IMG/VR virus record: IMGVR_UViG_3300033489_000020
Location: 1 to 44,029 of that record
DNA from: a virus
Lineage: Duplodnaviria; Caudoviricetes
Length of the DNA: 44,029 nucleotides
Reading direction: 5' to 3' (one strand)
Made by a program: the position numbers and the translations under genes. This document shows positions 8,967-18,087 of the stretch, one piece after another. Below the pieces are notes generated by a model. That model worked only from the letters and a program-made list of their open reading frames with translations, was not told the origin of the DNA and ran no database searches. Each line of letters opens with the position of its first letter. Positions within the stretch are counted from its first letter, which is position 1.

Positions 8967-9272
8967 ATGGAACCAATGCCAGAACTAACCTACACGGTAA
9001 CGCTAACGAACGACGAACTTAATTTGATTTGGCGTGCAAAGTTGATGCTCGATGACGCAATTGGCTTCAAGAGTCACTGGGGCAAGTACACAAGCGGGAC
9101 GACATCGCGGGCGCTGTTTGATTTAGTTGGGCGCATCAAGGATGCCCCGCGCCTGAGCAACAACTGCCATTGCCCCCGATGCGACCTCGACGGCATCGAG
9201 GCGTGGCTCGAAGCGAACGACGAGGAAGACAAGGCCGAGCAGGCCGAGGAGAGACACAATGACACAGTATGA
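8967..9272 (+). CDS. Hypothetical protein
   Basis: AAGGAG RBS; CHCPRC. Confidence 0.6.
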   Translation: MEPMPELTYTVTLTNDELNLIWRAKLMLDDAIGFKSHWGKYTSGTTSRALFDLVGRIKDAPRLSNNCHCPRCDLDGIEAWLEANDEEDKAEQAEERHNDTV

Positions 9273-9474
9273 CCGTTTGGAATTAAGACAAAAAACATGC
9301 CGTGATTGCATGTACTTCATCACCGTAGCGCCTACGCTCCCCCATCTGGGCGGATGTACCAACAGGTATGCAGATCACTGTGGACACATTATTACTGACG
9401 TACATTATCAGTGCGATTTGTTCGAGCGCGGGTTTCAAGTTACCGCCGAATCCGATGAGGACACCAATGGTTGA
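9259..9474 (+). CDS. Small Cys-rich protein
   Basis: AGGAG RBS; CRDC...GC...C. Confidence 0.55.
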   Translation: MTQYDRLELRQKTCRDCMYFITVAPTLPHLGGCTNRYADHCGHIITDVHYQCDLFERGFQVTAESDEDTNG

Positions 9475-9640
9475 TTGCAAGTGCAAAGAGTGGCAAGACA
9501 GTATCCAACAAATCGACGCAGCTCAAACGTTGGCAGATTGTCATGGGTTTACCTACACTGGCTCAGTGATGCGTTTCTGCCCGTGGTGCGGAGAAAAGAT
9601 GGAGATGCCGGAGCAAGCCGGGGAGGACAACGATGGTTGA
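9467..9640 (+). CDS. Small Cys-rich protein
   Basis: GAGG RBS; CKC...FCPWCG. Confidence 0.6.
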   Translation: MVDCKCKEWQDSIQQIDAAQTLADCHGFTYTGSVMRFCPWCGEKMEMPEQAGEDNDG

Positions 9641-9785
9641 TTGTCCGTTTTGCAATCAGTCAGACTTTACGCTGTCACAGTTGAAGAAGCACTTGGTAGA
9701 CGATTGCTTGGACTTCGTGCTCACCGACTTCGAACTAGATGAATTATGGGAACTGAGAACAGAGGAGATACACAATGGGCAATGA
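9633..9785 (+). CDS. Small Zn-finger protein (CPFC...H...C), not in ORF track
   Basis: GGAGG RBS; manual translation MVDCPFCNQSDFTLSQLKKHLVDDC... Confidence 0.55.
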   Translation: MVDCPFCNQSDFTLSQLKKHLVDDCLDFVLTDFELDELWELRTEEIHNGQ

Positions 9786-9960
9786 AAAGCAGTACATACT
9801 GGACGATATCAAGGAAGCGTTTATGTACGCCTTCCTGTTCGAGCACGAAACAGATGAAGCACTGGACGAGGCATGGCGCGATCTGGAGCGCAACCTGCTT
9901 ACGTCTGACGAATATAAGGCCAAGTATTACCCAGATACCAAGGATGGCCAGGATGAGTAA
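9775..9960 (+). CDS. Hypothetical protein
   Basis: AGGAG RBS; fills the operon. Confidence 0.55.
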   Translation: MGNEKQYILDDIKEAFMYAFLFEHETDEALDEAWRDLERNLLTSDEYKAKYYPDTKDGQDE

Positions 9961-10219
9961 AATGAAAACGTGGTGGCTGTTTGGTTTTCAGCGGTGGGGC
10001 GGGTTGCGCCCGGTTGCCATGTGGTTCCCGGATGGAAGATGCTTTCGCCCGTTGTTTCTTGGCGTGTGGATAAGAGCTAATGACGATTGGAGCCAATACA
10101 CCAGTATGGGAGATAATGTTGTGGAACGAGAATACGTTGATGGCACATGGATACTCATTGCCATTATGATGCTTTTTGTGTGCGCCGCACTGGTCATGGC
10201 ACTTGGTGGTATGCGATGA
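9953..10219 (+). CDS. Hypothetical protein with C-terminal transmembrane segment
   Basis: Overlap coupling; hydrophobic C-terminus; start uncertain. Confidence 0.45.
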   Translation: MSKMKTWWLFGFQRWGGLRPVAMWFPDGRCFRPLFLGVWIRANDDWSQYTSMGDNVVEREYVDGTWILIAIMMLFVCAALVMALGGMR

Positions 10220-10321
10220 ACAGACAACTGTATTGGGTGCACGCGATGGCGTTTGTGTCGTACTGGACAGCGCTCCGGCTCCTGCTGTGGCTAACAGAGA
10301 TGTACTTGAGAGTGAGGCAAT

Positions 10322-10519
10322 ATGCCATTCGTGACAGATAGCGACAGCGAAGATGAGGTGCTTGAGCTGCGCCAAGCGCTGATCGACATCATAAGCGAGT
10401 TGCAGCATGACAAGGATTGCTGGATATTTCCGACCGCTGGGGCAGGGCGCGCATATGCAGTGCAATCTCTTAACAAGGCACTGGATAACGCGATCCAGGT
10501 TGTGATAAGACAGCGGTAA
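10322..10519 (+). CDS. Hypothetical protein
   Basis: GAGG RBS. Confidence 0.5.
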   Translation: MPFVTDSDSEDEVLELRQALIDIISELQHDKDCWIFPTAGAGRAYAVQSLNKALDNAIQVVIRQR

Positions 10520-10546
10520 ACCAGTGTAATACCGGTGGTATACTAC

Positions 10547-10933
10547 ATGACACAACATAAACTATCAGTATCTCTAAATGACAATGATGCTGAAGAGTGC
10601 GAATGGGTGAATGGGATAGCCTCATCTGGCATGATCCCGGCACACGTATTAAAGGAGGCACTGCGAGCATACTTTGGCACTACTCGCGAGGCCAGCAACG
10701 TCGTCACCACGGGTGATGTTGTTGACGCCATCAATGCCGGATTTGCAATGCTATCCGATAGACTACAGAATATCACCGTAGCGCAGGTGCCGCGTCAGGA
10801 GACGCCAGAGCTGCCGCCAACGATGACGGATACGCCAGTCGAATGGGAGGCTATTGATCCAAACGCTGATACGCCATTTCTCAAGGGTGTTCGAGAGATG
10901 GGAAAACGGCCAGCCATGCGGCTACATGACTAG
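10547..10933 (+). CDS. Hypothetical protein (possible ribbon-helix-helix N-terminus)
   Basis: KLSVSL...HVLKEALRAYF; start uncertain. Confidence 0.5.
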   Translation: MTQHKLSVSLNDNDAEECEWVNGIASSGMIPAHVLKEALRAYFGTTREASNVVTTGDVVDAINAGFAMLSDRLQNITVAQVPRQETPELPPTMTDTPVEWEAIDPNADTPFLKGVREMGKRPAMRLHD

Positions 10934-10946
10934 AAAGGTATCGCCT

Positions 10947-11252
10947 ATGGAAGAACCATGTCCACGATGCGGATACCCGGACGATAAGACGGACTACGTT
11001 ATCACAGAGATGGAGCGCCTTGTTATTGAGACATTGCGAGATGTGCGAAAGTCCCCACTATCGCCGGTGTCGGCCCAGGTGCTCGCCGACGTGCTCGGAT
11101 ATTCGCAAAAGTACATCAGCGAGGTGCTAACGGGCATGAAGTCACGCGGATTAGTGTGCTTGCCGTTTGGACATAGGTGTAGCGGGTGGTTAGAGGGCGA
11201 TGTAATGCGAGAGCTGGCCGACATCATCCGCGGATGCTCTCATTTCTCGTAA
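10947..11252 (+). CDS. Zn-ribbon plus HTH protein, candidate late regulator
   Basis: CPRC; AQVLADVLGYSQKYISEVL HTH; located just before the packaging genes. Confidence 0.6.
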   Translation: MEEPCPRCGYPDDKTDYVITEMERLVIETLRDVRKSPLSPVSAQVLADVLGYSQKYISEVLTGMKSRGLVCLPFGHRCSGWLEGDVMRELADIIRGCSHFS

Positions 11253-11270
11253 TATAACCGTTACCTATCC

Positions 11271-11313
11271 GTTACCCTTGACAAAGCCTCTGCTATACTA
11301 TAGACAGAGGCTT
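11271..11313 (+). promoter_or_regulatory. Candidate late promoter overlapped by inverted repeat AAGCCTCTG...CAGAGGCTT
   Basis: TGC-TATACT extended -10 with TTGACA nearby; palindrome spans the -10 element. Confidence 0.45.
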
Positions 11314-11401
11314 GTTATTTGCAGCACTCCATAGGGCGACACAAGCACAGCAGCCATTAATACCCGAACGGGTGGAGTCAAGCAAATAGGCCAACAAACA
11401 T

Positions 11402-11827
11402 ATGGCAAAGAGAAAACGCTACACAGACGAATATAGGGCAAGCGCTGTCTTAATGCTGGAGGCGGCAGGTTATCCAGACATAGAGGGCGCGCTTTCGCGT
11501 GTTGCGGATCATCTTGGAATGCATTACCAGACACTCAGTAGGTGGTTCAGAGCAGTGCAAAATCCACCCCCGCACGAACTGGTGCAAGAAAAAAGAGAAG
11601 ACTTCTTGCAGCAGCTCCAGGCCATCAAGGGACTAGCGGCCGGTAAGATTATCGAGCGGATAGAAGAGTACGATCCGCGCGATCTAACCGGGCTGTTGAA
11701 GATTAGCGCGGAGTTGGCCGAGTTACTGACGGGCGGGGCGACGGCAAGAGTCAACTTGACGTGGGAGCAACTCGTTAAAGATGCATCGGGGAAAGAGCCA
11801 AGACTCCTTGACAGTCCCTACGCCTAA
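11402..11827 (+). CDS. Terminase small subunit (HTH)
   Basis: KRYTDEYR...VADHLGMHYQTLSRW HTH directly before TerL. Confidence 0.7.
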   Translation: MAKRKRYTDEYRASAVLMLEAAGYPDIEGALSRVADHLGMHYQTLSRWFRAVQNPPPHELVQEKREDFLQQLQAIKGLAAGKIIERIEEYDPRDLTGLLKISAELAELLTGGATARVNLTWEQLVKDASGKEPRLLDSPYA

Positions 11828-13217
11828 TGAGGTTTTTTACAACCCAGAAGAATACGCGAGGACGTTTCTGTATATCCTCGATAAGCAGAAGAACAAGAAG
11901 CGCCTGATATACAACCAGGCACAGCTACATTACCTTAACAATCGCACACGCAGAGACTACATACTAAAGGCCAGACAACTGGGAATGTCCACCGCAATCC
12001 AGGCCGAATTCTTCAGGGTGGTGACGACACGAGCAGCTGGCACCATGACGCTGGCGCATGACGACGACACTACGCAGCGCTTGCGGCGAATGGCAGACTT
12101 CTACTATGACAACTTACCGGACGGGTTCAAGCCTACCCGCAAGTATGCCAACGCCAGCGTGACAACCTACCCGCTGCTCAATAGCGAAGCAGCAATCGGG
12201 ACTGCGGGCAGCTTGAAGGTCGGACGCGGTTTCACTCTCACACATTTTCATGGGTCAGAGGTTGCATTCTGGCCTGATGCGGAGAGCATACTGGCCGGCG
12301 CAATGCAGGCTGGTAATCCGGCCATCGTACTGGAGAGCACGCCAAACGGCGCCCAGGGCTACTTCTACGAAGGCTGCATGGAGGCCCTGGACGGCAACAA
12401 GGACATCAACCTCTTCTTTTTCCCGTGGTGGTGGGATCCGGAGTACAGGAAACCGCTAGAGCGGGGCGAAGAGATTGAGTACACACCAGAAGAGCAAGAG
12501 CTAGTTGATAAGTACGGACTTGATGATGAGCAAATCAACTGGCGCCGGGCTAAGAAGCGGGAGCTTAAACACCTATTCCCGCAAGAGTACCCGGAAGATC
12601 CGATCACCTGCTTTCTGCTGTCGGGCACGGGCTACTTCGGAGATATCTCGGGTGTATGCAAGGTCAAGCCCGGCAGTGTGCAGTACAACCCGGATCATCG
12701 TTACTTTGCGGGATTGGACTTTGCGCAGACGGTTGACTGGCTGTCACTCAGCATCATTGACGACACGATAGGCGCTGAGGTTGATTTACTGAGAATACAG
12801 CGCTTGCCGTGGGAAGAGCTGAGAAAGCGTGTGATAGACAAGTTTCTTGAGTGGAGTGTCATAGGGTGCCAGGCGGAGTCTAACTCGATGGGGACTACCA
12901 ACATCGAGGCACTACAGACAGAGATGCAAGAGCAAGAGTGTCACACGGTAGTCGAAGCGTTTGAGACGAACAACGATAGCAAGCACAGCATCATGAGTGC
13001 CTTACACGAATCAATGCATAGCAAGCGGTTAGCGGTACTCGATGACCAGATAAGACTGAAAGAGTTGCGAGTATTCACATCAGCGCAAACAAAGACAGGC
13101 CTTTGGCAACTGGCAGCACCGGCTGGCGAACACGACGATACGGTTATCTCGCTGGGGCTGGCGCACTACGCAAGAACACACTACATGAGCCCAGCCGGGA
13201 TGGTTGACTGGGCGTGA
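11781..13217 (+). CDS. Terminase large subunit
   Basis: ILKARQLGMST, HGSEVAFW, ESTPNG, QEYP, GLDFA, HDDTVIS; start may be TTG at 11808. Confidence 0.95.
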   Translation: MHRGKSQDSLTVPTPNEVFYNPEEYARTFLYILDKQKNKKRLIYNQAQLHYLNNRTRRDYILKARQLGMSTAIQAEFFRVVTTRAAGTMTLAHDDDTTQRLRRMADFYYDNLPDGFKPTRKYANASVTTYPLLNSEAAIGTAGSLKVGRGFTLTHFHGSEVAFWPDAESILAGAMQAGNPAIVLESTPNGAQGYFYEGCMEALDGNKDINLFFFPWWWDPEYRKPLERGEEIEYTPEEQELVDKYGLDDEQINWRRAKKRELKHLFPQEYPEDPITCFLLSGTGYFGDISGVCKVKPGSVQYNPDHRYFAGLDFAQTVDWLSLSIIDDTIGAEVDLLRIQRLPWEELRKRVIDKFLEWSVIGCQAESNSMGTTNIEALQTEMQEQECHTVVEAFETNNDSKHSIMSALHESMHSKRLAVLDDQIRLKELRVFTSAQTKTGLWQLAAPAGEHDDTVISLGLAHYARTHYMSPAGMVDWA

Positions 13218-13262
13218 CGACAGATTTGTAGACTTTTTGTAGATTGACAGAAAGCAACAGCA

Positions 13263-13565
13263 ATGAAACACGAGGATAAGCAATCGTTAGACGCATTAGC
13301 ATTCATCAGGGCTCACCCAAGACTGGGCGACGAAGAATGCAATAGAATAACCGAAAAATATCCAACACTGTCGGGGAGAGAGCTTTTGGTTGAGCTGTTA
13401 TCGACGACGGTTAAGCACTACAACGATATTCGTATGGCGGATAACAAAGAACTTTATGCATTAGCATGTGGTCACGATAGCCGCGTAATCGATTTTACCT
13501 GCCCGACATGTAACAAGTGCATTTATTGTTGCTGGTGCGAAGAGCAAGAAAACGATAGGCATTAG
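13263..13565 (+). CDS. Hypothetical protein with C-terminal Cys cluster
   Basis: ACGH...CPTC..C..CCWC; inserted between terL and the capsid gene. Confidence 0.55.
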   Translation: MKHEDKQSLDALAFIRAHPRLGDEECNRITEKYPTLSGRELLVELLSTTVKHYNDIRMADNKELYALACGHDSRVIDFTCPTCNKCIYCCWCEEQENDRH

Positions 13566-13576
13566 AAGGTGATAAT

Positions 13577-15832
13577 ATGCCATACAGACTAAGTGAAGAC
13601 GGTCTATGTGTGATGAAGGGCGAGGAAGAGGTCAAGTGTCACGAGACACACGACGAAGCGCTGGCGCACATGCGCGCGCTGATGGCCAACGTCGAAGATG
13701 CCAAGAGCGCAATCAAGGCTGTTGGCGACTGGGAGTTGGAAGTAAGGGCTATCCCGTTCGACGACATGGACGCGGACGGCCAATACTTCGACGCCGGCAC
13801 TGACATCATGCAGGCACAGTTCTCGTCGCCAGTAGTTACATACTACCACGGCATCAAGCAGGACACGCCCGCGATCATAGGCAAGACGGCACGCATCGAG
13901 AAGCGCTCAGACGGATGGTGGGCGCGTGTTGTGCTGGATAAAGCTCAGGCGCTCGCCCAGAAGGTATGGGATGCTGCCAAGCAGGGCACAGCATACGCCT
14001 CATCTGGGTCTATACGCCACCTGGCGCGCCTACAGCAGAATGGGCAGATGACGGCATATGATAAGAGCATACCTGGGCGCATAGCCGTCTGGCCGTTTGC
14101 GGAGCTGGCTATCTTCGACACACCAGCAGGGCAGCGCCCGGCATCGTGGCGCGCGGTTGCATACCCAGCGCTTAAATCGGTGTACGAACAGGCCGGAATC
14201 GACTGGCCTGATATTGACAACCCAAGCGACAAGGACGCAGCGAAAGGCGAGAAGCATAGCGCGGCGCCGGAGCATAGGGAGGAACAAACACCAAACAATT
14301 CAAACGGAGATAGCGAAATGGACGAGAAAGAAATTGAGGCCCTGGTTGCCAAAAGAACAACCGAGGCAGTAGAAGCCGCACTCAAGGCCGACCGAGCAGC
14401 GGTTGAGGCGGAAGCAAAAGCTAAGGCTGAAAAGCAGGCAGAGATCGAAGCAGCGGTTAAGTCTGCGCTCGACAAGCAGGAAGAGGAAAACAAGAAGTCG
14501 CGTCGCCTGCCGTTTTACGGCGAAGACGCTCCGATTGTGGGAAAGTTCGGTTTCACCCGCAAGTACAACAACCTGAGCGGCGCCGACTTGGCGTTTGCCA
14601 TTGACGTGGTGAAGTCGTCCGGCAAGCGGCCAAGCGAAGACGCATACAAGGCCGTTGCCGTCAAGTTGGGCGATGAAGCCACTAAGAGCGATTATGCCCG
14701 CATTGGCAACGATGCCCTCAAGGCCGCTGGCTACGCTTTCGAAGGTGATGCCATTAAGGCCAATGAAATCAACTACTCGACGCTCACCAGCTATGGTGAT
14801 GAGTGGGTTGTGACGGCCAACAGCTCCGCACTGTGGGAGCAGATCCGCCAGAACGCCCAGATCGTTTCCAAGCTGCCAAGCATCGAAGTTCCGCAGGGCA
14901 GTGAGGCAGTGAAGATCCCCATCGAGAGTACCGACCCGGTATTCTACAAGGTTGCCCAGGCTGCCAGCGACGCCGCAACCGGTGGGCTTTCTACGCCCGC
15001 CCCGACTGTTACTAGCTCTCGCCTTGGCACCAGCAACACCACGCTGACGGTTTCCAAGATGGGCGCGCGCGTGCGCTGGGCTGGCGAGACGGACGAGGAC
15101 AGCATTGTCCCGTTCGCGCCTCAGCTGCGCAAGCAGATTGCAACTGTCGCATCTGAGTACATGGATCATGTGGTTCTCGATGGCGACACTAGGGCAACAG
15201 CAAGCACCAATATCAACGACATCACGGGCACGCCCGCTAGCACTCACGCTTTCCTGTTGGCGAACGGCTTCCGCTATCTGGCATTGGCCACCTCCGGGCG
15301 CAATCGCAGCGGCGGCGCACTCGACGAGGACGACTTTGTTGAGACGATGCGCCTGCTTGGAACGTCCGGCATCGCATCTGATCCTACTAAGTGCGCCTTC
15401 ATCGTTGACCCTCATACCTATATGAAGATGCTCATGGAGATCACGGCTATGAAGACGTCTGACGTGTATCCTGGCAATCCAACGATCCAGAGCGGCGTGA
15501 TCACTTCGATCTGGGGATACCCGTTGATCCGCTCGTTCCAGATGGGGTATGTCTACAAGTACGGTGGACACACCATGACCGGATACGAGAACAAATTCAA
15601 CACCTCGGGCAAGGTCGACCAGGACACAACCAGCGGCTCGAACAACGTCACCGGCACGATCCTGCTGCCTCGGTTTGATCGCTGGTTCTTCGGTTGGAAG
15701 CGGCGCATGACGATGGAAGTCACTCGCCACCCAGAGTGGGACGGCAGCGAGATCGTTGCTATGACCCGCTTCGGCTTGATCTACAGGGATACCACGAACG
15801 CAGTGGCCTGCACCTATAACGTGACACTGTAG
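13577..15832 (+). CDS. Fused prohead protease / scaffold / HK97-fold major capsid protein
   Basis: N-terminal protease-like region (DADGQYF, YYHG, SSGS), coiled Ala/Glu/Lys linker, capsid-like C-terminus; GGAG RBS plus in-frame ATG at 14318. Confidence 0.85.
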   Translation: MPYRLSEDGLCVMKGEEEVKCHETHDEALAHMRALMANVEDAKSAIKAVGDWELEVRAIPFDDMDADGQYFDAGTDIMQAQFSSPVVTYYHGIKQDTPAIIGKTARIEKRSDGWWARVVLDKAQALAQKVWDAAKQGTAYASSGSIRHLARLQQNGQMTAYDKSIPGRIAVWPFAELAIFDTPAGQRPASWRAVAYPALKSVYEQAGIDWPDIDNPSDKDAAKGEKHSAAPEHREEQTPNNSNGDSEMDEKEIEALVAKRTTEAVEAALKADRAAVEAEAKAKAEKQAEIEAAVKSALDKQEEENKKSRRLPFYGEDAPIVGKFGFTRKYNNLSGADLAFAIDVVKSSGKRPSEDAYKAVAVKLGDEATKSDYARIGNDALKAAGYAFEGDAIKANEINYSTLTSYGDEWVVTANSSALWEQIRQNAQIVSKLPSIEVPQGSEAVKIPIESTDPVFYKVAQAASDAATGGLSTPAPTVTSSRLGTSNTTLTVSKMGARVRWAGETDEDSIVPFAPQLRKQIATVASEYMDHVVLDGDTRATASTNINDITGTPASTHAFLLANGFRYLALATSGRNRSGGALDEDDFVETMRLLGTSGIASDPTKCAFIVDPHTYMKMLMEITAMKTSDVYPGNPTIQSGVITSIWGYPLIRSFQMGYVYKYGGHTMTGYENKFNTSGKVDQDTTSGSNNVTGTILLPRFDRWFFGWKRRMTMEVTRHPEWDGSEIVAMTRFGLIYRDTTNAVACTYNVTL

Positions 15833-15854
15833 TGTATACAGTGACACACTAAGA

Positions 15855-15883
15855 CGACGGGGGCGTTAATCGCCCCCCCGTCG
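15855..15883 (+). other. GC-rich hairpin after capsid gene (no U-tract; mRNA stabiliser or attenuator)
   Basis: CGACGGGGGCG-TTAAT-CGCCCCCCCGTCG. Confidence 0.5.
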
Positions 15884-15896
15884 AGGAGATAAAAAT

Positions 15897-16877
15897 ATGC
15901 CAAGCAAATTGTATAACCTGAAAAGAAAGAACGCTGTTGTCCCAGACCTGGCTGGTGGTATGGGCCTGATGGGACTTGGAATTGGCAATGTGTACTACGT
16001 TGTGCAGGCGGCCAACACACACGTTTACAACTATGTCCAGGCTAACCTTGCTCAGACCTACTCAGACGGCTCGGTATCCGTTCACACCACGATTGCGTCC
16101 GCATTGACGGCCACGGTCGCCAATCGCAACGACTATGTAATCGTCATGCCTGACAGCTCAGACTATGACATCACCGCAGCGCTTGCGATGAGCAAGCGCA
16201 ATGTTCACCTGATTTGCCCGGCAGGTTATGACGCTGGCGGTCTACCGACCAATGCCGCGCGCATTCACCAGAACACGAATGCAACCGCATGTATCACTGT
16301 TTCCGCCGATGGTGTCGAGATCGCTGGCTTGTTTTTCAAGGGCGAAGAAGGGTCAGACATCATCACACTGAGCAGCACCCGCTGGCACGTCCAGATCCAT
16401 GACAACTTCTTCGGGATCGCTGCCACGGCGTCTAGTAACAACTATGGCATCGTGGGCACTGGCGCTTGTTCGCACTGCTCGATCTACAACAACTACTTCA
16501 CCAACTACTCGCCCGGCGCTATGTCTGGCACTAACAACGATGTGGCCGCGTTTGTAGCGCTCACGTCAGCGTCAAGCACCAGAAACAACATCAACAACAA
16601 CTACATGATGACTGGCGCAAACACTACCGTTGCGGCAGCAATCAGCTACGCCGGATATGGTGGGTTCATCGTTGGCAACTACATCTTTGAAAACCTGGCG
16701 TTTGGTGGTTCTGACGCTGGCACCCTCACCCTGGGCATCAGCACAAGCACCGATTGTCTTGTGGTTGACAACAAGATCGGCGTTGTCACTGCGGCAAACG
16801 CTGTAAGTGGTGGCACCGCTGACAGCTCTTATGTGACCAACTACGAGGCCACCAGTGGCGGCACTCTAGCAACGTAA
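15897..16877 (+). CDS. Right-handed beta-helix (pectin-lyase-like) virion protein, possible head fibre
   Basis: TIASALTA...YVIVMP cap and Asn-ladder repeats (IHDNFF, IYNNYF, IVGNYI); follows the capsid gene. Confidence 0.65.
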   Translation: MPSKLYNLKRKNAVVPDLAGGMGLMGLGIGNVYYVVQAANTHVYNYVQANLAQTYSDGSVSVHTTIASALTATVANRNDYVIVMPDSSDYDITAALAMSKRNVHLICPAGYDAGGLPTNAARIHQNTNATACITVSADGVEIAGLFFKGEEGSDIITLSSTRWHVQIHDNFFGIAATASSNNYGIVGTGACSHCSIYNNYFTNYSPGAMSGTNNDVAAFVALTSASSTRNNINNNYMMTGANTTVAAAISYAGYGGFIVGNYIFENLAFGGSDAGTLTLGISTSTDCLVVDNKIGVVTAANAVSGGTADSSYVTNYEATSGGTLAT

Positions 16878-16932
16878 TCGCACCATCTAGCGAATGAGGG
16901 GAGGAGATAACTCCTCCCCTCTGGGGGCATAC

Positions 16933-17301
16933 ATGCAAGGATTGCACAGCAAGATAATGCGGGGAACAACCAACGGGTCAGGCGCGTTGACTGTAACGAG
17001 CGAAACCGTCTCCGGATGGATTTATGCTGTCGAGTGGATCGACGGCGCACTTGACAACAGCCATACGGCCGTGCTGTCGATGACACAAACGCAAAGCGGC
17101 ATTGACCAAACTATCCTGACTGTGGGGGCTGGCGAGGGCGATAGCGACACCTGGTTCTACCCTCGCGTGCTTGAGTGCGATAACGGATGCACGTCAATCG
17201 GCACATATACCTTGTTCTGCGGGTCAGGCAAACTGAAATTGGTAATCGCCAGCGGCGGATCAACGCACGAGGGCGGCTGCATTGTGTATATGTTCGAGTA
17301 G
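16933..17301 (+). CDS. Hypothetical beta-rich virion protein
   Basis: Position in head module; composition. Confidence 0.55.
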   Translation: MQGLHSKIMRGTTNGSGALTVTSETVSGWIYAVEWIDGALDNSHTAVLSMTQTQSGIDQTILTVGAGEGDSDTWFYPRVLECDNGCTSIGTYTLFCGSGKLKLVIASGGSTHEGGCIVYMFE

Positions 17302-17313
17302 AAAGCGTATTTA

Positions 17314-18087
17314 ATGAGCCTTCTCCCGATCGCGCGCCTATACCTGAATGGTTTTCCAAAGGCTGGTTTGCACTTCGCTGAGCAATGGGTGTCGACAGTG
17401 CTGGAGCCCGAGCTGAGCCATACCGGGAATTGGTTCGGTACGTTTAACGGAAACGGGTGGACTACCAGCCAGGGCAACCTGGAACACGTCGACGCCATGC
17501 TGGAGAGCATTAGACCTGGGTACTACGTCAAGGGCCACATGGGGTGGTCTCCAAGCCTGGCAGACAAAATCAAAACCTCTGGGGTTGGCCTGGTGTTTGT
17601 GTACCGCGACTTGCGCGATGTAGTGGTAAGCCATGCGCATCACGTGCTGAGCAATGACGATGAAAAGCTAAAGCATCCGGGGAAGGCTCTGTACAAAGCG
17701 CTCCCCACATTTGAAGATGTCCTGATAGCCTGCATTGATGGCATCGGGCCATATCCGGGCATCTTCCAACGCTGGGAGTTGTACGCGGGTTGGTTGCTTG
17801 AGGGTTGGGTTCTCAAGTTAAAGTACGAGGACATGATAAACAGCCCGCGCGCGCAAGCGGACAGGCTCGCGCGTCACCTGTACGATGGCAGACAAGACAA
17901 CATGCTCATTGACCAGATTGCGCTATTGATGGTGCAGCGCGGGCGAGAAACAAAGAAGTCAATGACATTCAGGCGCGGTAAGACAGGCGATTGGCGCAAA
18001 GAGTTTACACCACGGGTTAAGGCGGCATTCAAGACGGCGGATCCGGGGTGGCTCGACAAATTGGGGTATGCCCATGGCGATTGGTAA
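17314..18087 (+). CDS. PAPS-dependent sulfotransferase (Sulfotransfer_1-like)
   Basis: GFPKAG (5'-PSB loop), YRDLRDVVVS (3'-PB), KYEDM, FRRGKTGDWRKEFT. Confidence 0.9.
   Translation: MSLLPIARLYLNGFPKAGLHFAEQWVSTVLEPELSHTGNWFGTFNGNGWTTSQGNLEHVDAMLESIRPGYYVKGHMGWSPSLADKIKTSGVGLVFVYRDLRDVVVSHAHHVLSNDDEKLKHPGKALYKALPTFEDVLIACIDGIGPYPGIFQRWELYAGWLLEGWVLKLKYEDMINSPRAQADRLARHLYDGRQDNMLIDQIALLMVQRGRETKKSMTFRRGKTGDWRKEFTPRVKAAFKTADPGWLDKLGYAHGDW

Noticed and set aside
14300-15847. 515-aa minus-strand ORF opposite the capsid gene (and similar antisense ORFs at 26148-26948 and 32183-32890)
   Set aside because: Shadow ORFs expected from the codon bias of strongly coding plus-strand genes; no RBS or motifs seen.
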